Part shown: piece after piece, positions 10,701 to 22,700 of the stretch
Position numbering within the stretch: position 1 is the stretch's first letter
Layout of the letters: every line of letters starts with the position of its first letter
Assembly: GCA_002633005.1 (NCBI GenBank)
Contig: NMRA01000551.1
Coordinates: 78,809 to 142,808, forward strand
Source: Phoronis australis
Lineage: Eukaryota; Animalia; Phoronida
Length of the DNA: 64,000 nucleotides
Direction of reading: 5' to 3'
Translations under genes and position numbers: made by a program
The notes under the pieces: model-generated
Told to the model about the DNA's origin: nothing
Databases searched by the model: none
What the model saw: only the letters and a program-made list of their open reading frames with translations

Positions 10701-13700
10701 TATCAAGTAGCGCCACCTACATCTGATTACCAAGTAGCGCCATCTATATCTGGCAAAGGTATTATCAAATAACACGACCACCAACATCTGGCTGAGGTAT
10801 TACCAGCAGGCTGTAAATATCCCCTTTAAAGGAGATAAGAATCAATTTGGAGAAATCTTTTAATTTCTTCAATGTCATGTGGTCAGCTGGATCCACATTC
10901 CATTCACAATAGGGGGATGGTTATCAATAGAGTGACTCTATTCACTAGGTCACATAGTGAGGGTAATTACTGTTTCTTACAAGATCATCTCTAAATAGAA
11001 GGCTTGAAAGCATCCAGGTTGTATTTTTCCCTTTTCTTTTTGGGAAATGAAAATTGATGGAAACTAAAAATCTGAATAGAGGAGTAAAAATTAGACTGTG
11101 TGGGTTCTTGAATTTTCAAAACTGGTCATGTAATAGCGATTTTGTCAACAAAAATCAAACTCATTCATTGGAAAGTATAGTATCCAGCTGGCATATAATC
11201 TAATTAACTGTGTCACTAACTCACAATTATACCTTTGTGTGAAAGAATGTGGATAAAACCTGGTCCAGATCTAATATTCTTGTTTAAAGGGAATGTTCAC
11301 AACATGAAGTAGCGCCACCTACATCTAGCAGTGGTTTAAACAATTAAGTTGCATCACCTAATCACCTACATCTGGCACAGGCATTATTAACTAGCGCCAC
11401 GTACCGGTGCAACAATCTGCCCAAACATGAAGGTCCATATGGGTGATGTCACTAGAGTCACACTTCAGGTACTCATCTCTTGAGTGTACACGTGTGAATA
11501 CATCTTTTTGAACATTACGTATACTGTCGCCATTATCGCACAAGATTCGGGCCAGGTTTGACTGTCGTATCTGAGTCAGCTGGGCTGGACTGAAGGCCCC
11601 AGGGTTCTCATACCAGAACCTAATAACAATTGGAATAATACATACTATTGAGTTTAGTAACAGAAGATGTGACAGTGTTGTCCTGGTTGAACAAACAAGA
11701 CATTCTGGTTTCTCTAGAAAAACAGAAATGTTAATGAAAAGCAAACAAAAGGGATTTTCTGTCTTTCCAAAACCAAAAAAAAATTGAAATACAGGTCAAG
11801 AATAATACCACCATTTTGATAAATTACCAATGTTAGTGCTTGAAGCTTAGCTTAATGCCAAGTCACATTTGGCGACTTGGCGAAAATCTCAGGTCATCAA
11901 ACGAAATCTGAGGTCGCCAAACTGAAAATCCCAGGTCGCCAAACTGAAAATCCCAGGTCGCCAAATGAAATCTGAGGTTGCCTATATCTGGCCTAGAAAT
12001 GGTCAACTAAAGAAAGACAAAAAGGCCAGACAGTTGTACCATGCCCAATTCTCAGAATATTGCCACAGCTTAACCTCTCCCATTTCCTCCCTGTAAATGC
12101 ACATTCAATCTCTAACTCAATTCCTCTCGCCAACGAACAAATTTAACATATAACGAAGACCATAGCATACACTGGTGGCGCGTATTTCACCGATCTAGCC
12201 CGATCTGAGAACTTATTGGTGATCTGCAGGTTGCCAAATCAAGCGTTGAATGTTAAGAAGTAGAAAATATTCATCTTTTACCAGAAACACTGTGCGACTA
12301 AATTTGAAAGGTTTTACACTCAACCATTTTTAATCATCTTTTATTTCCTGAATCTTAAAAACTGTGAGACCATAACAAACATAACTTGAATTTGTAGAGT
12401 TGAAAGGTCTTACACTGCAGTACAATTCATTTTCATTGACACAACCCAATACCTGTCTCCATCTCTCAGTCGTCTGAACTGGTCAACCATAATGCATCTA
12501 AATGTTGGACCCACTTTAGCGCCATCTACAGGAGTTTCACTCAACCCTCCAACAAACAAGTCTATGTTGCCTACAAAAAGAAATCTTGAATTTTTTAACA
12601 CTCCGTATTTGGCAAAAGTCCGGGCCCCTACAAATGATACATAGATACAGCAGCCCAAAACGAAATAAACAAGATACCTGAATTGAAAAGATAGTGAACT
12701 AAAAAATCTCAGTTGGTGCATCCGTGACAGCCTGGACGGCGTTTTTATTTAGTTGTATGGATAATTAGGACTGTCTCACATCCTCGATAATGACACTTCA
12801 GGCCCAATATCCTAACATTACAAAAAAACTCCCGTTTGGTTTCAACTCCAGATGGTTACTTAATCGAGGCTAAATCTGTATACTCATCAACGATACCAGA
12901 GAACCGAAACCTAATGCATCTATTTTTTCATGCACTCGAAATATGGACGTGTGCGGTTCAAATATTATGTGTGTGCAGGCGAGATATGAACAATTTCAAC
13001 GTACTATTCCCAATCCTGTTTGAGATTCAAGGTTGGTTTACTGACTAACCTGGGTGCCCATAGACTTCCTTGAGTTTATCTCGTAGTTCTTCATCGGTGA
13101 CTTCTGTGCTCAGGTCATCAAACGTCTCTGCCTTTGCAAGTCCACATTTCTCCCTGTACTCATTATATCCAGGTAACCCGTGGTCCCGCCCTCTCTGAAT
13201 GTTGAGAGCTGCCAGATCCAGCGCCACTGCATGTGCAAGCTTAAACAGTTTCTCTGTCAACTCCTTGTTCATGAAACCTGAGGGTGTCAACTTTTTAGCA
13301 CCAACGCTGAACAAACCTCGAAGGATGGGGTCAATACCACCCTCCTCCACAATTCTGAATGGAGCAAAGAATGCTCTGTGTAAGGGAAGATGACCTTGGG
13401 GTATCTCCTGAAATGATTCATTGAATCTGAACATGGTCGGGTTGATAAGCGTGTGACCGAAACGATAAGCTGCTGTAGAGAATGCGTTGACGATACCTGC
13501 ATTTGCGCGGGGTTGGTAACCCTTGTATTCTCCTATCATGTCCATTCCACGCTGGCCGAGAATTTTCGGCAAGAAGTGCGCAAATGTTATGTGCTGCATT
13601 TGGGCACCAACGATTTTTCGAGCCTCATGAAAGAGGGTGTTACTGTCCCAGTGCCGGTTCAATAGATGGAGCTGTGCAGCTATTCGATTGTGTTCCCTCA

Positions 13701-16700
13701 TCCATATTGTGTGCATGGACAACAGCCCTAGTTGTTCATTCGCCCTGTGGTCCCCAGCCAGAAAACATGGTATGTGTGCTGTGTTGGGATCTATCTGGCA
13801 ATCAACAGGAGAGTCCACGTTATAGGGGAGGAGAGGTTTTCCTGCTCGAGACAACACACCAGTCCTAAGAAGACCAAAATCAGTCACAAAATTTCTCAAC
13901 AAGTTTGATTCCTCTTCAGAGCTACCATATACGTTTGAGCCATCAATGAAGGACGTAATCTGGTTAATCTGCTCGCGTGGAGTGACCTTTTGAAAAAATA
14001 TAGAGGTCATGCCAGAACCACACATAGCACTAGACCGTGTGAACCCCATACATGGACGTCTGATACGAGGGTCATTTTCAGGAATTGGTATCGGGAAACA
14101 GGGCGATTGGTTTTCGCACGTCTCATTGCAGTGTCGACCATCACTGAAGCGAGCATTACTGACTGCTGTTGGTGAGAAGTCTAAGTCATGATCTAAGAAC
14201 TGTCCCCACTGCATAACCATCAGGGTGTGCTGATCATCATCTGTGATCTTCTTGGCAGCAACAATAGATGTCGACACCAGTCGTGCGCTGGGCTTCTTCA
14301 CACCATGATATAGTCGATCAGATTCCCAACCTGTCAACCATCAAAGTAAAAATTAGACAATCAGTAGACAATCAGTTCAAAACAAAACTACACCTGATAA
14401 CATGATTTAGATTTTTCCCTCAAGCAAAATGTAAGCTTTTTAATTCAATTATTTCTAATTCTTTAAACCTTAATTAGCAAGTTGCACAGTACTTATATTG
14501 TGTGCCTGTCCACATGAGGCAACTCCTACGCTAACATTTGAGGTTGTCGGTATTACTTCAACACCTAAGCAAGCTCCAGACTGTAACTAACCCACCCTAA
14601 TCGATTCACAAATGCGAGTGGCTAATTGGGCTGTCCTGCTCAAGAAATCCTATCCGCTAATTTATTTATAGTGCTTCCATTTTAAAAATTCGAACATGAA
14701 TAATATTTACTTTTCAATTTATAAAACAGTCATGTTGGTTATTTACCTTTATTTATAGTTTGCTTTTTCACTTTGAAACTAGTATGCTAAACAGGCACGT
14801 TGTTTAATTACGACCACAATTATGTCTAACAATACACATTTGGCCAAGACCATGAGTAGCGACTAGCTCACTTCAATCCGTGACAATGCCATCAAGTCTC
14901 TGATGCGCCCACAAATTCGCTGGATACTCTGGGGTAAACAGTGCATGCTTTCTCGTCTACTTGCATGCAAATCCTGTTAGCATAAGATTGACCTAATGCA
15001 GCTGTATGTATATGTTTATCCCATACGCGTTGAATCAGTCGAGTGCAATATGGCCAAGTAATAATGGTTTTCAGTGTTCACCTCCCGCACTACTTCAGCA
15101 GTGACCTCTGAAATGGAAACTTCAAGGTAGGTCAATGTCGATTCGAAGTCGTATAGCCAGTTTGATCATCAAACTTTCCGAAAATAGTTTAAAGTAATAT
15201 AATTGCAGCTGTGTATAACACTAAACACGCAATCAGGTCCCAAATGTTACATCTGGAACAGGACTGTTAATTATATGACAGTTCTGTCTCAGTTTTCAAT
15301 TGCTAAATATTATATCGCCTGCAACTCGGGCGCTGATTCCTCGGTAACTACAATATCAAATATTGTTGTTATTTAACTATTTTCAGGAGATGTTACAAGT
15401 TCAATGCACAGTTGCAGTTGTTTTCATCTTTGTTACCTCTTTTCAAATAATAAATCATTACATTAAAAACTGTTTCTTTTACTAGAGAAAACTTCCAACC
15501 TAATGTGCAAGTACATACATACAGGATGTGAACCGCCATGAGAACAGTCACGGTGAATAATTTAAAAACTGCCAAGAAAATGAAAGAAACTTAGGAATTT
15601 GAAGCAAATGGGATAAATACAAAAGGTAACTAGACTGGCGTAGATAAACTAACATCCCACGAGACATTACTCCACGAAGTAATGTCTCATGGGATATTAC
15701 TTTATTTGTATTTAACCCATACACTTCGAATTCCTAAGTTTCTTTCATTTTCTCGGCAGATTTTTTAAATACTTCACCCAGACTGTTCACGTGGCAGATC
15801 ACATCCTATATGTATGTACTTGCAAGATAGGTTACAAGTTTTCTCTAGTAAAAGAAACAATATTAAATGTAACGATTTCTTACTTGAAGAGAGATAACAA
15901 AGATGAAAACAACATTAGTTGTGCACTGAACTTGTAACATTTCCTGAAAACAGCTAAATGACAACAACATTTGATATTGTAGTTACCGAGGAATTGGCGT
16001 CTAAGTTGCAGACAATATAATATTTAGCAATTGAAAACTGAGACAGAAGTGTCATATAATTAACAGTTTTGTACCAGATGTTACGTTTGGGATCTGATTG
16101 CATGTCGAGTGTTATTTATACTGCTGCAATAGTATTACTTTAAACTATATTCAGAAAGTTTGATGATCGAACCAGCTAACGACATCGAGTCGACATTGAC
16201 CTACCTTTTGAACTTTCCATGTCAGAGGGCACTGTTAAAGTAGTGCGGGCAGTGAATACGGAAAACAATATCACGTGGCCGTATTTCACTCGACTGATTT
16301 AACGCATATGAGATAAAATGTATATAACACATGAATCTTGTGAGGCATTCAAAAATCATCATATCATCAAATGTAATGCCCACTCAATACTTTTAAAAAT
16401 GGCCGCTTCAACATTTCATTTCTATCTCCATATATCTACATTCATTGCAAAGCATTGGACAACAGTCACATTGGACCAATGACCCTTGTAAATCATCTGG
16501 TGTACAGGTGCTACGCTTCTTCACACTGACCAATGGGTGTGTTGAAGTTGTTCTCATAGGCAGATGGTAGTAGACGACGTAGAGGAGTGAGCGAGGCTCC
16601 CCACATGGGGTTCTGCAGGTTGTTACACGTGCCATCCAGTGTGCGGTACTTGAGGTGATAGCACATGTCTGTACAGTTCACCACTCGGCGGTGCCTCTCA

Positions 16701-19700
16701 CAGCCCGACAGATTGGCAATGATTTGTAAATGAGATGGTGAGATGATGTCACTGTAGTTGATCTCTGTGGGAATAAAAATTGGATGCCATACAAAATTGT
16801 TCTTCAAATACAGAGTACATTTAGCTACACCGTATTAAATGTAGCTGCTTGGAATGTACGCATCACTAATCACATTCCTTTAGAAGTGGGAATACAAATA
16901 CAATAATGCGACAATTGATTTGTCTTGCAACACTGAAAGTGTGGAATATTAAAAGTCAACAATCGCGAGTGTATCTTGTTTCCACATTTTATATCAGTCA
17001 TTATTCTAAGTCTATTAGTCTTTCCATTTAGGGCTCATCTATTTAAGGATCGGAATAATCAAACACTTATCTTCTCAGCCAGGACTATAAACCCTTTGTT
17101 AAAGTGTGCTTAGTTACATAGTTTAACAGTTGTATGACTAAGAGCAAGGTTCACAAAAAAATGCTTTCCTTGACCTTGCAAGTCAATTTCAAAAGACCCA
17201 CCCATGCACCCACAAAACTTTAAGCCAATACGCAGACTAGTTATCCCCTCAAGCCCAAAATGAGTATTCGTGCTCATCAAGCCCCAATCAGTCATGTTTA
17301 CCGGAATCCCTAAGATCCAAGTTGTATCCCTCTTTCACTTTCCTCAGTATCAGCTCCAGTGTTCGCTCATACACCTCGTTAGCCCTGCTCAGTCTCTGAG
17401 CGTCGAGATTGGGAAATCGGAAGAGTGCGAGTAGGTCGGAGGGGCTCAGCTTTGAGCCATGGTGTTGGTGTTCACTGATGGTGTTATCTGCAGCTCTCTC
17501 CACATCTGTGATGGCCTGCTGAATGGAGTCGGTCACATACTTGTCACCGGGGAACGTTCGACTGCCTAGTAATGAAGACTAAAGCTTCACTTGACACATC
17601 CAATACTGACAACATCCATACTTTATTTTGAATCATTTATAGCCTTCAAAATACCCATATTTAACAGTAGTGCAGCCTCCCAACCAAGACCCAAGCATGT
17701 AAATAGCGGTGAAATATCTTGAAATATTTATACAGTGGAATATCAATTTTACCATGACTCATATAAAATGACACCAATTAACAGCGCCATTTTAACTAAA
17801 CCCGGGTGCACCATGAAGACAGGGAACAGTTCACTCAACTACACAATGCTTACCTGTGATCCTGACCAATAAGGACATCTTGGCCACGCCTGCACTATTT
17901 GATGCCTCGCACTGATACACGCCAGCATCGTGATGCGTTGCATTGTGAATGATCAGATCACCTTCAGGCTTAATGGCATAGCTCTCGCTCTGACTCAGTT
18001 CGACGCCATCTTTGCTCCACATGATCAACGGTGCTGGTTGACCTGTAGCGCTACATGGTAGCTCCACCTTAGAGTTGATGGCAGTGTCAACGTTGGTAGG
18101 AGTTACCCTAAAGGTGGGTGCCACTGAAAAGAAAATCATTGAGATGACATTTCTTTACACTTGTACCGTGAGAAAAAAAATTTCTGAGCATGTCGATGTT
18201 ACTTCTGTTATCGAAACAATTTTTGATTTAGGCCGCTTACCCACATTAAATTGGTTTCAAATTGTTCCTTAGTCAAAATAGGACTGATTTGTGGGCTTGG
18301 AAAGAGCTAACAGTTTGTTATTGCTTGAGACTGAGGCTTTACAAGTTGACTTGTCAGGTTTTATTCGATGAACATGGTCTCTACTAATAACAAATTGTCA
18401 GTTCTTTGCAACACTCAAAATCGTATCACATCTGATTTAGGAACACATTGAGACCAATTTTTAGCGGTAAGTGATCTAAATCAAAATTCAGTTTATTGGC
18501 GGAGAACAGCCAGGTTTATTACAAATTCAAAATGAAGAATTAATAGAATTATACATTTCAGAAGTCAGCGATAGACACACAGACGGACATGAAAAACAGC
18601 ATAAATTTTAGCACAACAACAGCACAATGATCAATCACCTCTGCGCGAGACAGTCAGCTTAGCACTCGCTCGTATACGGCCAACAGTGTTCTCTGCTCGA
18701 CACCCATAAACACCATCATCGCTGAATTGAGCATCCACAATATGCAGAGCAGAACCTTCTCCCAGTATTTGAATACGTCTGCTTCCAGGGATGGAGTGAC
18801 CTGCAGTTAGAAAATCAGAAAAAAATCAGCACGTACGTTCTTTTCATGGTGGCCAGCTAAAAATCAACATAAGTTTGATTTAAATTACAAATATTCTAAA
18901 ACCCATCACTGAGGATTCTATCAGTGAAGTCACAATGCAAAACTCAATAGTTATTTATCGGTTAGAACAGGTTTGTGACAAAGGATCCAAAATGAATTTA
19001 GTCTGTCCAAACAGAAATCTGATAATGACGGATAACCTGTATTGGAATGACAAGGCAATTCTCTGAATAGTAGACTGATCTAAATAATTATGTCATGAGG
19101 TGAGGAGATCAGGTGACTGACTGACTAAGGTGTTGCACTTCAAAAAGTCAAATCAACAAAAAAGATTAAGAAGTTGTTCAAAAATAAAGATAACACTAAA
19201 TGCTGCAAAATTTACACCATTTAAAGTCAGATACTGATGAAGCATTTTATCACATAGAGACAGACAAAGCAACTGACCATCTTTGAACCAGGTTATGGTT
19301 GGCCGTGGATGTCCATTAGCCTGACATATCAGTGTGATGGTTTCTCCCTCAACCACAGTCTGATCTCTAGGAGGCTCAGCATAGGTGGGCAGCACTGAAA
19401 TACCATTAGCAAAGATTTATACCGCTATATAGAGTCTGGCATGTAATTCCAAAGTTACACATTAAGCTAAGGAAATTTGTAAAGTGTGGCCATGTTCAGT
19501 CCCACAAATGCATATCATATTGCTATGCCTTTAGGCCCATGGGCTTATATCCGAAATAATATCTTTTTGCCCAGGTGGTTTGCATACTAGCTAATGTGCC
19601 CAAGTTTCACATATAAGCCCAGGTAACGTCCTCTGCGTAGGCCCATGAATTAGTTCACATATAGGCGCACCTGTTGTGACTACTGTTGTGCCTCCTAACG

Positions 19701-22700
19701 GCAAATTTTACAAGTTCGCCTCAGTATCTTTGGAGCTCCTTGACATAATTTTAAGAAATTTGGTATTTAAATAGTTTTGTATTACCATATTGCCGTGCCT
19801 TTAGGTCCGTGGGCCTATATCCGAAATAATGCCTCTTTTTGCAGCCTTTTTTACCCAAGTAGTTCGCAATGTGGCCCATGCGCCTGCAGTTCCGTACAGA
19901 CGCCCACCACAGACGCCCATGGGCGTAATGGTGCAGCAATACAGTAGCAATGGTACAGATGTCCCAGGAGACACTTATGCCACAGCCTGTTCACATCAGT
20001 GGGTCATCGTGAATTGACCCAAGAGATTGCAATCTCATTACATTTCAATCATCATCCACTGGTGTTAAAACATCAACTTTTTTCGCACTTGTATTTCCAC
20101 CACTGCATTTAAATTCTTTGTTTGAAATGAAGTCGGCTACAATAAATGGCCTGGAATTCCAATGACGGTCACAATGCCTTTGGTGACTGAAACTAACCAA
20201 AAGTGCAAATAGTAATTGTCCCTTTAAGTTACTGCTTCCAGCAGAATAGATGTATATCCAGTAAAATATATAAAAAACAATAAAAATATTTATGTACAAA
20301 AAATGACCTATAATTCCCCAAAGTGGCTGGTTGTTGCGTCAGAAGGTAAGTGACATTCACCACCAGGGGAGCATGAATGATCCATAATGATGAAGAGAGC
20401 GAATTCTGCATGCAACTACCGGCATCATACATTGCACACGTTTACAAAGATGGTGCAAAGACACAGCTGCCTGCCATCAGTTCTGCATAACTCGTTGCTG
20501 ATCAAAACAACATGCTACATGAAGACACAAGCCGAATGGGTGTGAGTGTTTGATTCAATAAGACAGCATACCTAGTTCAGGCACAGATTCACTGGGGGGA
20601 CCAAGATCAGCCAGATCCCCCACCCCACCATTTCCGCCACATCATTAAAATGAAGAAATTCAAAATATTCCCTACATCTGACCAACGTCAGACCTAGTAG
20701 TTAGACCCTAGATACATGCCTGTTTTTGCTGCAATATATGCCTCCAACAACACCATATGAAAACATTTTTATTTTTCTAATACTAAAAAATCTGATTATT
20801 CATACATATTTAAAGGTATACTCCCAAACCTTTCCCTAACTATAACCCTCTATGTACTGAACATTTGTAGGATCACAGTTTACCACAGTACGAAAATATG
20901 GGTCTAGCCACAGACATTGTTCCAAGAAAAGGATTCTTTCTAGACATTCTCAAGAAGATAAATGTGATGGGTAGACAGGCTCATATTTTAAAGAGATAAC
21001 CGGCCTACCGTGTAAATTAGCTCCTAGAGTCAATACCAATTAGTTTTCTGGGAATGATGAAGATTTTGTTTATAGAGAGTATTGCAAGTAAGCCACTGTA
21101 CTAGTCAACAGAGATTCCTCTTGCACATGAACAAATTTCCAAATCTCTAAGCCTTTGGCCTTGGGAGTATACCTTTAAGATGCTTACTTAAAACACACAC
21201 CGTGTACACTAAGTCTGGCTGATGTGCTGACAGTCTCTATAGTGTTGGCTGCAGTGCACTGGTAGACCCCGCGATCATCAAACTTAATGTCTTCTATTAG
21301 AAGAGCACCAGTGTCGAGTACTCTGAATCGTGAGTTTGTGGGCAGCGCTTCCTGGTCCTTAGTCCATGTGATGGCTGGTTCTGGTTGACCAGTGGCAGAG
21401 CAATATAGGGTCACAGTTTCCCCTATTACAGTGAACGTATTTCTTGGACGTACTGTGAACGAGGGCTTCTCTGAAATAGATTTGATTTCCGATCTTTTTT
21501 AAAGAAATGATTCGTAATTAAAAAGAAGTTCAATTTCTATATGAATGAAAAGACTTTAACAACACACCTTTAGTAATCATCATTAATCTTCTGCTTTTTA
21601 TTTAGCCACCTAATTTACCTGGATAAAAGTAATCCAACCTTATAGCACGCCATACAACGGAGAGAATACACAAAAGGGTTTTCACTCAATTTCATGAAAC
21701 ACAACCTTAAAATGATAAGTTAAAGTGCCAGTACTTGAACAAGACACATCCAAGTATCACATGTACCCTTAACCTTGACACTTAGCACACAATATGGCCG
21801 ACACATGGAAATTCGTTTCGTCATTTGTCAACAAAAATGAGCTGACAGTTTTAGAGCCAAAACATTTTTGGGATTATTGTTTGGTAGTATAGACTTGTTA
21901 ACAATATTGTTTGGTAGCACACATTTGGTAACATTATTGTTTGGTAGTACAGACTTTTTAACGTTATTGTTTGGTAGTACACAGTTGTTAACATTATTGT
22001 TTGATAGCACAGAGTTGTTAACATTATTGTTTGGTAGCACAGACTTGTTAACATTATTGTTAGGTAGCAGAGTTGTTAACATTATTGTTTGGTAGTATAG
22101 ACTTGTAAACATTATTGTTTGGTAGCACAGAGTTGTTGTTAAAATTATTGTTTGGTAGCACACAGTTGTTAACATTATTGTATGGTAGTATAGATTTTTT
22201 AACATTATTGTTTGGTAGTACAGACTTATTAACATTATTGTTTGGTAGCACATACTTTTTAACATTGTTTGGCACCACAGACTTTTTAAAATTAATGCTT
22301 GGTAGCACAGAGTTGTTAACATTATTGTTTGGTAGCACACAGTTGTTAACATTATTGTTTGGTAGTATAGACTAGTTAACGTTATTGTTTGGTAGTGTAG
22401 ACTTCTTAACATTATTGTTTGGTAGTGTAGACTTCTTAACATTATTGTTTGGTAGTGTAGACTTCTTAACATTATTGTTTGGTAGCACACAGTTGTTAAC
22501 ATTGTTTGGTAGCACATACTTTTTAACATTGTTTGATAGCACAGACTTGTTAACAATTTTGTTTGGTAGCAAACAGTTGTTAACATTATTGTTTGGTAGC
22601 ACAGACTTGTTAACATTATTGCTTGGTAGCACAGTTGTTAACATTGTTTGGTAGCACAGTTGTTAACATTATTGTTTGGTAGCACACAGTTGTTAACATT

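Noticed and set aside
11834-12248. hAT-like MITE with CAGTGCTTGA-type ends
   Set aside because: TIR match is short and imperfect and no TSD was found; only the internal tandem repeat is reported
13199-14191. Plus-strand ORFs opposite the catalytic exon
   Set aside because: Antisense shadows of the PXDN coding sequence
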